Assembly: GCA_001770205.1 (NCBI GenBank)
Contig: MEQL01000031.1
Span: 62,001 to 119,352, forward strand
Direction of reading: 5' to 3'
Length of the DNA stretch: 57,352 bases
Origin: Bdellovibrionales bacterium RIFOXYD12_FULL_39_22
GTDB taxonomy: Bacteria; Bdellovibrionota; Bacteriovoracia; Bacteriovoracales; Bacteriovoracaceae
Below, one piece after another: positions 10,437 to 19,256 of the stretch (positions are counted from its first letter, which is position 1; each line of letters starts with the position of its first letter). A program made the position numbers and the translations under genes. A model generated the notes under the pieces. That model saw only the letters and a program-made list of their open reading frames with translations, was not told the origin of the DNA and searched no databases.

Positions 10437-10465
10437 AGTATAGTGGAATGGTTGGTTTTTGTCAA
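10437..10465 (-). promoter_or_regulatory. Near-consensus sigma70 promoter for the 668-aa gene
   Basis: Minus strand TTGACA-N17-TATACT. Confidence 0.75.
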
Positions 10466-10619
10466 AAAAGGTAGGTAATTTATTAATATTACATGTTCTT
10501 TGGGAAAAGAGAGAAGAATATTCCATCGTGAATATTAATTGTGTGGGTGTTAGAATTTACTTTGATCCTATAATTTTTATGAATGAATAATTATAAATGA
10601 ATAATACAGAGGTGGCACG

Positions 10620-12092
10620 GTGAGTAGTGACGAACGATATAAATTTTTAATGCAGATTTTTGAGGCCATCGATCACCCCTTCTATGTTATAAATGCGAAA
10701 AATTATGAAGTAGAAATGGCAAATAGTGCCGCAGGAGTATTATCTCCGGGAATTAAATGTTACCAGTTAACTCACCGGCAAGATACTCCCTGCTCAACTC
10801 GAAACGATCCCTGTGTAATAGAAAAAATTATTGCTAGCAAGAAACCGATGATTGCGCATCACACTCATTACGGTGCTGATGGAAAAGAGCGCAAAGTAGA
10901 GTTACATGGTTTTCCCATTTTAGATTCCCACCACGAGGTTTCGTTGGTGGTCGAATACGCCATAGACGTAACGGAAGCAGTTTTATCCAAACAAGATCTT
11001 ATCGCCAAGTCTCAGATGTTGCGAGAGACTTTTGAAAATGCCCCAGATGCCATTGTTTGGATAGATGTATTTTCCGCCGAAATAATCAATTGCAATCACG
11101 CGGCCTGTCGCTTATTGGAGCAGGGCCTGGATGAAATTATTAATCGAGATTTTCATTTTATGTTCCCAGAAAATCGTCAAGATATATACCGGCCAATTTT
11201 TAACGAGATGTTGGAAAAAAACATGAAAGAGGTAGAGGTCGAGATAGTGACTTCTGGGGGGGAGATAAAATATTGCAGCATGAGTACGGCCGTAATAATG
11301 TTGCAAGGCAAACTTATTTTTCAAGGAATTATTCGTGATAACACAGAGAAAAAGAAGGCCGAAAAAGAAAAAGAAGTTTTTAATCAAAAAATTTATGTTG
11401 CATCTAAAATGGCATCCCTTGGTGAGCTGGCCTCGGGAGTTGGACATGAAATAAATAATCCACTTACCGTCTTGAAGGGATACAATAAAGTCATTGCCGG
11501 GAAGCTAGAGAAAAGGGGAGTAGAGGCTGATGAAGTTTTAAAAATTGTTAAAGTCCAGGGAGAGATGATTGAACGGATCGCTGAAATTGTAAATACGCTG
11601 AGAGGATATTCTCACGCTAACGAGGGAGCTCCCACAAGAGTTAGCATAGCGATGGCCGTCGATGGTGCCGTGAAGTTATTAAAAAATATCTACCAAAAAG
11701 AGAATGTGCAAATTGAACTAGGTGAGATAAGTAAAAAAATAGAAGTAATGGGGCATCAGGGGAAAATTCAGCAAATTATTGTTAATCTGCTATCTAATGC
11801 CAAAGATGCCATATTGGAAAAGGGGCCGTCGGGAAAAACAAAAATAGAGGTTGTACTCAAAGGGGAGCGGGTTTGGGTAGTGGTAACAGATAGTGGAAAG
11901 GGTGTTTCTCAAGAAGATCGAAAAAAAATCTTTGACTCCTTTTATACTACTAAGCCCAAAGGAAAGGGAACTGGATTGGGTTTATCTATCTCGGCAGATT
12001 TGGCCCATCAGATGAGTGGGAAGTTGTTTTTAAATGAGAAGCATGAAGGGAGTGGCGCACAATTTATTTTGGAATTTCCACTAATGAGATAG
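10620..12092 (+). CDS. Cytoplasmic PAS-PAS histidine kinase (NtrB-like)
   Basis: Two PAS domains; GHEINNPL H-box, NLLSNAKDA, DSGKG, FYTTK, GTGLGLS. Confidence 0.92.
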   Translation: MSSDERYKFLMQIFEAIDHPFYVINAKNYEVEMANSAAGVLSPGIKCYQLTHRQDTPCSTRNDPCVIEKIIASKKPMIAHHTHYGADGKERKVELHGFPILDSHHEVSLVVEYAIDVTEAVLSKQDLIAKSQMLRETFENAPDAIVWIDVFSAEIINCNHAACRLLEQGLDEIINRDFHFMFPENRQDIYRPIFNEMLEKNMKEVEVEIVTSGGEIKYCSMSTAVIMLQGKLIFQGIIRDNTEKKKAEKEKEVFNQKIYVASKMASLGELASGVGHEINNPLTVLKGYNKVIAGKLEKRGVEADEVLKIVKVQGEMIERIAEIVNTLRGYSHANEGAPTRVSIAMAVDGAVKLLKNIYQKENVQIELGEISKKIEVMGHQGKIQQIIVNLLSNAKDAILEKGPSGKTKIEVVLKGERVWVVVTDSGKGVSQEDRKKIFDSFYTTKPKGKGTGLGLSISADLAHQMSGKLFLNEKHEGSGAQFILEFPLMR

Positions 12093-12104
12093 GAGTAAGT
12101 TGCT

Positions 12105-13505
12105 TTGGCATTAAAAATTTTAGTCTCTGATCCGGATAAAGATTGGCGTGAAAAAGCAAAAGACTTTTTGGATGCAGAAAATTTCCAATTAGAGGCAGCA
12201 TTATCTGGTAAAGAGGTTCAACTAAAGGTTTATCGCGAAAAATTTTATGCGCTGATTTTAGATATGAGCACTATTAATCATTCGGCCTTAGAAGTTTTGA
12301 AATACGTACGTCTAACCTCTCCCTCGGTTAAAATAATTATAACGTTAGAGAACAATAAAGTGCTCGAAGATATGGAGATGGAGCGAGAAGATGTTTTAAG
12401 ACTGGGTGTTAGTAGCGTAATCGTAAAGCCGTATAGTAAAGAGCAGTTACTGGAAGCGGTTAATGGTTCTTTAGAGCATAAATTGTGGAAAAATAGAATG
12501 GCCAATGCCAATCAGAACCATCCCCCGGAAGAAATTGTGGCCCGAGATGAAGAATTTACACGGATTAAAATTGCAGAGGCCTCGATTGGTAACCCTGCTA
12601 TTTTTAATTTGTATATTCGTTTGAGTGAAAATCACTATGTTAAAATTATTCATGCCGGAGATTTTTTTGATCAAGAAAAAATAAAAAAGTATAAAACGGA
12701 GCGACAGATCGATCATCTTTTTTTTAAAACAAAAGATCGTGCGTTATATGTTCACTTTGTTAATGATTTGTTGGAAAAAGTTTTAAAAAAAGGCGGTAAA
12801 GTTCCACAAGAGACCAAGGTCAATCTAGTAAAAAATCTGACAGAGAAGTTTGTGGAGGAAGTATATACTCAAGGGTTAAAGCCACAATTAATTGATGAAG
12901 GTAATCGGGTTTGTAAAAACATTACAGATCTTATTCGCACAGAACGTGGATTGAATAAAATTTTGCTGGAGTTCAAAAATTATGATTACTCGGCATATAG
13001 CCATTCTTTTTTGGTTGCCTTTTTTTCTGCTGCACTATGTACCGATCTGGAGTGGGCATCTTCTGGGACCTCTGAAAAGGTAGCAATGGGAAGCATTTTG
13101 CATGATATTGGAAAATTAAAACTTCCTTTTTACTGCTCCTCGCTAGATCCAGAACAAATGACTCCAGAACAGCTCAAAGATTATAAAACGCACCCGAGGT
13201 TGGGATTGGAGATGATTTCTAACTATACCGTGATTAATCAAGCAGTAACCCAAATAGTTTTTCAGCATCACGAACTACAAGATGGCTCGGGCTTCCCCGA
13301 TGGACTAACCGGCATGAAGATTTATCCCTTGGCGCAAGTGGTGGGATTAGTTGATGCATTTGCTAAAAGAATTGTGAAAAAAAAGCTCTCTCCTCGCGAG
13401 GGCCTTCGGGATTTTTTACTGGATAGAGAGGCCATCTCAAAATATAATCAGAAGTATGTTAAGGCGCTGGTAAACTCTTTTATGGATAGCAAAGTATTTT
13501 TATGA
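12105..13505 (+). CDS. REC + HD-GYP phosphodiesterase-family protein
   Basis: HS..ILHDIGK, HP..G, QHHELQDGSGFP; N-terminal receiver; TTG start after RBS AGGAG. Confidence 0.88.
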   Translation: MALKILVSDPDKDWREKAKDFLDAENFQLEAALSGKEVQLKVYREKFYALILDMSTINHSALEVLKYVRLTSPSVKIIITLENNKVLEDMEMEREDVLRLGVSSVIVKPYSKEQLLEAVNGSLEHKLWKNRMANANQNHPPEEIVARDEEFTRIKIAEASIGNPAIFNLYIRLSENHYVKIIHAGDFFDQEKIKKYKTERQIDHLFFKTKDRALYVHFVNDLLEKVLKKGGKVPQETKVNLVKNLTEKFVEEVYTQGLKPQLIDEGNRVCKNITDLIRTERGLNKILLEFKNYDYSAYSHSFLVAFFSAALCTDLEWASSGTSEKVAMGSILHDIGKLKLPFYCSSLDPEQMTPEQLKDYKTHPRLGLEMISNYTVINQAVTQIVFQHHELQDGSGFPDGLTGMKIYPLAQVVGLVDAFAKRIVKKKLSPREGLRDFLLDREAISKYNQKYVKALVNSFMDSKVFL

Positions 13506-15169
13506 GTAAAGGTAGAAATACAATTTTGTATATTGGAAATGATCAAATTTTTTTAGATGATCTGATGGCCTTTGATAAGGTTTTTTGGCCACAAAATACT
13601 AGTGAGGTTGTTCAGTTGCCAATTACTAGGGAGTGGTTGCAGGGGGCGCATGGACAGATTTTTACTAGAATGCCTCAACTGGTTTTTATAGATTTTTCTG
13701 ATGGGGCAAATTTTAAAATGCTCAATCCACAATTTTATGATTTGCTAAATTTTGTCAAAAAACATCCTTTGCTAAAGCGGACTCCAATTTGCGGGACGTT
13801 TATAAGTGAAGAGCAGTTAGCGGAAAATCGAAACCTTTTTGCTAGTGGACTCAGTTACGCTTATATAAAGGGAGATCTGTATACCACTTTGTTTGAAGAC
13901 TCTTATTATTTGGCATTTGAAGATAAAATTGCTTTTCCGCGTTATGCTATGGCCAGTGAGATAAATTTAGATTATCAGCTAAAGATGCCGGTTGTAGTGA
14001 AAAATATGAATGCTGATAAAATTGTCATTGAAAGTGATATCTCTTTTCGAGAGGACGAGGAAGTGGAGGGATCGTTTAATTTCTTTGAAGATTTTTCCGG
14101 AAAAAAATTCACCGTTGCTCGACATACTAGCTTGTCTTCACGAAATTTTTATCTTTGCGGACAAGAACTTTTTATAAAATATGCAGAACCTTGGGACGAG
14201 GTAACCGAAGATAGTTTTTTAAAAGAAACGGTTGAGACGTGGGTGGAATTCAATAAAGGGCGTTATGCCAAACTTTTTCCAGCCATCCTTCTTGTTAATG
14301 ATGACAATCTTTTTATCTATGATCTGACAGTGTCGGGACTGTCTGGTAAATGTGATTTATGTTTTAGTTACGAGTTAGAAAATCAGTTTCTGCAAGTAAA
14401 AAATAATCGCCCAACGATCATCATGCTGGAGCTAGACGAAAGCGAGATGACCGATGAAATGCTGGCCACCAAATATCGGGGGCGTAAAGATTATTTACGC
14501 AGTAACACTGATGCGCTTATGATGTTGACCAGTTTTATCAAAACACTGGAGTACTATAATCCTATTCTGGTGCTATTTAATAGTCCTTCCAAGAGTGAGG
14601 CCATTCGCAAGGTTTGTGGTTATAATAGTATTTTGGCGCACAATGAAAAAATGTCCACAGCGGTAATTGGAGAATTAATTAGCTTTTATCAGGCCAACAA
14701 GAAAAGTTCGGTAGATGATGATTCTCTGTCCATTCCGCTTGCCTCGCAAAAGAGCATGGCCGCTATTAATATTCCCGTAAAAATAACTGGATTAACAGAG
14801 CATGAAATAACTTTTTTATCATCATATTCGCTACCACTTTTTTCCATCCTAAAACTAGATGAGCCCTTTGAAATGTATTTGACAATTATGCCCTCTATTA
14901 GAGATTTGAAAATTGTTCCTGGTTTTCATCACTATATGGCCTTTATTAGTGGTACTAGTGAGACTCGTCTGCCAATTTTGCGTCAATTTATCACTCAACT
15001 GATTGATCATCCTCCAAAAGAGTTTAAGTTTTATCCTAACGAGGTGACAGAGGTTGATAAGGAAATTGAGGGCAAAGAAATTATAATAGAGAAAAAGGAA
15101 AAGAAAGTTAAAGTGGAGCGAATGGCCGTTCAGTGGGTGCGAGATGAAAAAGTTAAAAGTAAATTGTGA
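13502..15169 (+). CDS. Hypothetical protein with two degenerate receiver-like modules
   Basis: TILYIGND..LVFIDF and AILLVNDD..IIMLELD; translationally coupled to the HD-GYP gene. Confidence 0.6.
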   Translation: MSKGRNTILYIGNDQIFLDDLMAFDKVFWPQNTSEVVQLPITREWLQGAHGQIFTRMPQLVFIDFSDGANFKMLNPQFYDLLNFVKKHPLLKRTPICGTFISEEQLAENRNLFASGLSYAYIKGDLYTTLFEDSYYLAFEDKIAFPRYAMASEINLDYQLKMPVVVKNMNADKIVIESDISFREDEEVEGSFNFFEDFSGKKFTVARHTSLSSRNFYLCGQELFIKYAEPWDEVTEDSFLKETVETWVEFNKGRYAKLFPAILLVNDDNLFIYDLTVSGLSGKCDLCFSYELENQFLQVKNNRPTIIMLELDESEMTDEMLATKYRGRKDYLRSNTDALMMLTSFIKTLEYYNPILVLFNSPSKSEAIRKVCGYNSILAHNEKMSTAVIGELISFYQANKKSSVDDDSLSIPLASQKSMAAINIPVKITGLTEHEITFLSSYSLPLFSILKLDEPFEMYLTIMPSIRDLKIVPGFHHYMAFISGTSETRLPILRQFITQLIDHPPKEFKFYPNEVTEVDKEIEGKEIIIEKKEKKVKVERMAVQWVRDEKVKSKL

Positions 15170-15180
15170 GGTAGTTTGGT

Positions 15181-15609
15181 ATGAGTAAGTTAAATGCTAA
15201 GATTTTAATTGTGGATGATGAAGAGCATATTGTTAACTTCCTAGCGCTGACACTAGAGGATAGTATTTCAGAAATTATAAAGGCCTACAATGGAAGAGAG
15301 GCCTTGGAATTAGTGGCCAAACATCCAGACCTTGTTTGTATTTTAAGCGATATTAAAATGCCAGTAATGGATGGATTAGAACTAATTCGCGAAGTACGAA
15401 AGACAAACAAGAAAATTCCGTTTATCTTTTTTTCGGGATTTGGTAGTGAAAAATATATGGCCGAAGCTTTAAAATATGGTGCTTATGATTTTATTAATAA
15501 GCCTGATTTGGAAAATGCAGAAGAGGTAGTTTTACGAGCGGTAAATGAATCATTAAATGGACAGGCAGCTACAGGTAATTTGCAAAATAAACTAAAAGAT
15601 CTTTTTTAA
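15181..15609 (+). CDS. Single-domain response regulator
   Basis: ILIVDDE, ILSDIKMPVMDG, FSG, GAYDFINKP. Confidence 0.92.
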   Translation: MSKLNAKILIVDDEEHIVNFLALTLEDSISEIIKAYNGREALELVAKHPDLVCILSDIKMPVMDGLELIREVRKTNKKIPFIFFSGFGSEKYMAEALKYGAYDFINKPDLENAEEVVLRAVNESLNGQAATGNLQNKLKDLF

Positions 15610-15672
15610 ACAAGGCATAACACTCATATTCTAATAAATTCTTACACTGCAATCTTACATGAGAGTAGTTCA

Positions 15673-15702
15673 TTGACATCTCTTTTTGGAGATAGATATG
15701 AT
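15673..15702 (+). promoter_or_regulatory. Putative sigma70 promoter
   Basis: TTGACA-N18-TATGAT. Confidence 0.55.
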
Positions 15703-15759
15703 TTGGCAAATTCCGAGTGAGTGGGCATGGATGGCCCGAATTAAAACAAGGGAGTGTTT

Positions 15760-15963
15760 ATGAGTACACCCGGTTATAGGGATGACGTTTCTGTGGCAAC
15801 GGATGGCGATAAGGTTTCATTGGACTCATTGGCGCAGCTGACTGGTTTTCCAGCGAGCTACATCAAAAAAGAGTTACTAATTGATGGCAATGAAATTTCT
15901 GTTGAAAAGTTGAGATCCTTCGCCTTTGATTTTTTGAATTCTACGATGGGAAGGCCGAGCTAG
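15760..15963 (+). CDS. Small hypothetical protein (67 aa)
   Basis: ATG at 15760 after AGGGAG; own promoter and terminator; helical core LAQLTGFPASYIKKELL. Confidence 0.65.
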   Translation: MSTPGYRDDVSVATDGDKVSLDSLAQLTGFPASYIKKELLIDGNEISVEKLRSFAFDFLNSTMGRPS

Positions 15964-16000
15964 GTAATTGCTGATTTTTTTACTCGGCCTTTTCTTTTTT
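15951..16000 (+). terminator. Probable intrinsic terminator with a long loop
   Basis: AAGGCCGAG ... CTCGGCCTT followed by TTCTTTTTT. Confidence 0.55.
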
Positions 16001-16064
16001 GCCTAAAGCTCTTTTAGGTATGCCTGCATCATTTTCCTCTTTAGTAGTTTGCGATCTTCAATTC

Positions 16065-16091
16065 TAAAGTATTTGAAATAATATCCGTTAG
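16065..16091 (+). promoter_or_regulatory. Possible sigma28 promoter of the second motAB
   Basis: TAAAGTAT-N11-TCCGTTAG. Confidence 0.45.
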
Positions 16092-16128
16092 TTGGCCATA
16101 GAGAAAAATGATCGCGGAGGGCTTATAT

Positions 16129-16935
16129 ATGGATATCGCAACAATTATTGGTTTTACTGTTTGTATGGTGGCCTTGATTGGTTCAATCGTAACTAGTGCC
16201 GATATTATAATTTTTTATGATCTTCCTTCTGCGCTGCTAGTAGGACTGGGAGTTATAGGTGGAACGTTTATCAAATGGCCAATGGAAGTTTTAAAAGATG
16301 CAGGCAAATATTGCATGAAGATGATTTTTTTTACTCCGGCAGATCCGGTGGAGACCATTAATGAAATTGGAAAACTAGCAGAGACAGCAAGGCGCGAGTC
16401 AGTGTTTGCGCTGGAGAAGGTTCCCATAGAAGATGCTTTTTTAAAAAAGGCCATGGCCTTGGCGGCCGATAATCGGCCACCTGAAGTAATTTCCTCAATC
16501 TTACAATTAGAAATTGATGCTATGGCCGGCCGGCATAAGACGGGGGCAGATTTTATGGATGGAGTGGCCGACTCTGGCCCGGCCTTTGGAATGTTGGGAA
16601 CTTTGATTGGATTGGTTATCATGCTGCAAAATTTGTCTGATCCATCCTCCATTGGCCCGGCAATGGCAGTTGCGATTTTGACGACGCTTTATGGTTCAAT
16701 CATATCTAATGTTTTTGCAATCCCAATGAAAAATAAATTAAGTGTGCGCTCAAGTGATGAGGTTTTGAAAATGAATATTATTATCGCGGGGACGTTGGGA
16801 ATTGTGGCCGGAGAGAATCCGCGTTTGATCAAAGAAAAGTTAAATTCCTTTTTACCTCCAAGTCAGCGCTCTTTGGATGGAATGGAAGGAGATGGAGCTG
16901 CAGCAGGTGGTGGCGCAGAAAAAGGTAAAGAATAG
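16129..16935 (+). CDS. motA: Flagellar stator MotA/PomA
   Basis: ARRESVFALE torque loop; GPAFGMLGTLIGLVIMLQNLSDP; MAVAILTTLYG; RBS GGAGG before ATG 16129. Confidence 0.93.
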   Translation: MDIATIIGFTVCMVALIGSIVTSADIIIFYDLPSALLVGLGVIGGTFIKWPMEVLKDAGKYCMKMIFFTPADPVETINEIGKLAETARRESVFALEKVPIEDAFLKKAMALAADNRPPEVISSILQLEIDAMAGRHKTGADFMDGVADSGPAFGMLGTLIGLVIMLQNLSDPSSIGPAMAVAILTTLYGSIISNVFAIPMKNKLSVRSSDEVLKMNIIIAGTLGIVAGENPRLIKEKLNSFLPPSQRSLDGMEGDGAAAGGGAEKGKE

Positions 16936-16944
16936 GAGTAATTT

Positions 16945-17754
16945 ATGGGAAACAAATGTCCTCCTTGTCCGGCCTGTCCACCTAAGTGGATTGTTACTTT
17001 TTCCGATATGACAACTTTGCTTTTGACTTTTTTTATCTTGCTTTTATCATTTGCAAAAACAGAAACTTCTAAATCAGAAGCGGTTATGGGGTCAGTGCAA
17101 GATGCTTTCGGGGGAAATGTGTTGCGGCAAGGAGAGGTAATGGAGCGTGGAAAGTCGATGGATGATGCTCCTACCATGATTGAAGGGAAGGAACCGGTAA
17201 AACCATTTCCCATTGAGTTTTTAACCAGTGAAGGTTTGTTGGAAAAAAGGGAGATTAATCGGGCCTCAGAAGAAGATATGAAATTAATGAAGCGAGATCT
17301 ATCCGATATGGCACTTTCTGAGCATGCGGATCTTTACGAAATGCCGGAGTCAATAAAAGTAAGAATTAGAGAGGCCATCTATTTCAAGAAAGGAACCTTA
17401 GAGGTAGAAGATATATCAATAGAGGTTTTCGAAAAATTATTAAAGCTACTTGCACAAAAGCAGTGGATAGTATTTATTGAAGGCCATGCGAGTGTTGGAG
17501 AATCTTCGCCGGATGGTAAACTGGATGCGATTGCCTTGTCTTCACTGCGAGCGGCGGAAGTTTCGCGCAAATTAATTCAAAAAGGCGTTCCACCGAATAA
17601 AATTTCGACGGTGTTCTATGGAGATTCTCGGCCATTAAAAGGAGAAGGAATAAGTGCTGCGGCCGTGGACGCTAAAAATCGACGAGTTGAATTTATTTTA
17701 GGTAAAGTTGATTTGCGCTTTGAGGGGCATAAAGTAAATGCCACCGGAAACTAA
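16945..17754 (+). CDS. motB: Flagellar stator MotB/PomB
   Basis: WIVTFSDMTTLLLTFFILLLSF; IEGHA..LSSLRA..KNRRVEF. Confidence 0.92.
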   Translation: MGNKCPPCPACPPKWIVTFSDMTTLLLTFFILLLSFAKTETSKSEAVMGSVQDAFGGNVLRQGEVMERGKSMDDAPTMIEGKEPVKPFPIEFLTSEGLLEKREINRASEEDMKLMKRDLSDMALSEHADLYEMPESIKVRIREAIYFKKGTLEVEDISIEVFEKLLKLLAQKQWIVFIEGHASVGESSPDGKLDAIALSSLRAAEVSRKLIQKGVPPNKISTVFYGDSRPLKGEGISAAAVDAKNRRVEFILGKVDLRFEGHKVNATGN

Positions 17755-18643
17755 TTTTTCTTCGCTTCTTGATTATGATTCTGTTGAGGCATACTTGCAG
17801 CAGCTGTTTTTTCTGTCAAAATCGCAGTTAAAAAAAAGCGAGCTATCTAAAAAATTTTTGCAAAAGGCCGTGCACAGAAAAGATCAACTACAAATACCAC
17901 TGGATTTGGCCAACAATTTAGAAATTAATCCAAAATATTTGGGTAAAAAAATAGAGATTATTTTTAAAGATGATCAGGTGGCCATTTTTAACAAACCATA
18001 CAATCTCCACTCTCATCCCCTAAATTATACAGGCCAAGATAATTGTCTGAGTTTTTTTCGAAAAGGTGGCCGCAATCTGGGAGTCAATCTTAACATTAAT
18101 AAATTAAATTATGGACGGGGACTTTTGTATCGTCTCGACTATGGTACTTCGGGGGTGATGTTTTATATAAATGATGAAGGTCTGCTGCACAATTTGCGAG
18201 AAAACTTCAGCAAGTTGGTAAAAAAGAAAAGTTATCTGGCCATTGTATCTGGGGAAGTTCGAGGTGATGGCGCTATTGAGAGTTATTTTAAATATATCGG
18301 AAGCAAGGATAGCAAGGCCGAACTTTTGTCAAAAAATAATTATCTGGGCGGTGATTTTCCATTGGGAAAACTAGAATATGTGGTGCGAAATTACAACTCA
18401 AGTGAAAAAGTAAGTTTGTTAGAAGTCTCACTGATAACGGGACTTCGTCATCAGATTCGTGCTCAACTTGCCAGCATTGGCCATCCCATTTTAGGCGATA
18501 CTTTATATGGTGGCAAAGAGGCGGCCAGAATTTTTTTGCATGCTTATAAATACGAGGTGGAAATTGGCGAAAAAAAATATGTCGGAAAATCTTTAGATGC
18601 AGAATTATTTAGCAGATTCTTTGACCTTGACTGTGGCCTTTAG
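17738..18643 (+). CDS. RluA-family pseudouridine synthase
   Basis: NKP, YRLDYGTSG (catalytic Asp), TGLRHQIRAQL, GHPILGDTLYG, LHA. Confidence 0.92.
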   Translation: MPPETNFSSLLDYDSVEAYLQQLFFLSKSQLKKSELSKKFLQKAVHRKDQLQIPLDLANNLEINPKYLGKKIEIIFKDDQVAIFNKPYNLHSHPLNYTGQDNCLSFFRKGGRNLGVNLNINKLNYGRGLLYRLDYGTSGVMFYINDEGLLHNLRENFSKLVKKKSYLAIVSGEVRGDGAIESYFKYIGSKDSKAELLSKNNYLGGDFPLGKLEYVVRNYNSSEKVSLLEVSLITGLRHQIRAQLASIGHPILGDTLYGGKEAARIFLHAYKYEVEIGEKKYVGKSLDAELFSRFFDLDCGL

Positions 18644-19099
18644 ATGTTCTTGAATAAGTTTATCGTTATCTATACCAAATAATTTAACCACATCACTTCC
18701 TCTGGATACTCCTTCAACAATAAGTACGTCACTATGAAGAGAGACTACAACAAAGCGAACTCTCTCCAGGCTATCTCGCAATGTATTTTCGGAGATAAAC
18801 ACCATGCTGTTTGCTAGCTCTCGATAAAGCAGTTGGCGAGATTTAACAGGATCAGAGAGAAGCTCTGTTGGTATATCAACAGCGATTTCTACCATCATAT
18901 CTAGTTTTATGCAGGAAGTTTTCCAACTATCCGGCATGCGTTTGTTTAGCATGACGAGTGCTGAGCGACAGGAGTCTGGTTTTAAGCTCTCTTTGCGATC
19001 TAGCAATTTCCCTAGATCTGTCATGGAGAGTAACCATACTGCCATCATCATGAGGCCAATACCAATTAGGGGATATTTAGACATTAACTTTGCATACAT
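18605..19099 (-). CDS. Hypothetical membrane-anchored protein (start uncertain; ORF extends to 19162)
   Basis: N-terminal TM; Cys pair; 39-nt convergent overlap with the rluA-like gene. Confidence 0.65.
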   Translation of the reverse strand: MYAKLMSKYPLIGIGLMMMAVWLLSMTDLGKLLDRKESLKPDSCRSALVMLNKRMPDSWKTSCIKLDMMVEIAVDIPTELLSDPVKSRQLLYRELANSMVFISENTLRDSLERVRFVVVSLHSDVLIVEGVSRGSDVVKLFGIDNDKLIQEHLKATVKVKESAK

Positions 19100-19167
19100 A
19101 AGTTGATCAATTATGGCAAAGAAGTTGATAAAAATCACGAAAATCATTGGAAAATAATTCAAACAGC

Positions 19168-19195
19168 TAAAGTTTTTAGGCGAATTACCCGACAG
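19168..19195 (+). promoter_or_regulatory. Possible sigma28 promoter upstream of the WYL-like gene
   Basis: TAAAGTTT-N12-CCCGACAG. Confidence 0.35.
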
Positions 19196-19256
19196 GATTG
19201 GTATGAATTGCTTTTTTGAGCGGGCATAAAAATTGGGCAGTACAAGGGGAAGTTTA

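Noticed and set aside
17738..18643. YRLD instead of HRLD and a 39-nt convergent overlap in the rluA-like gene
   Set aside because: The catalytic Asp is retained; within normal variation
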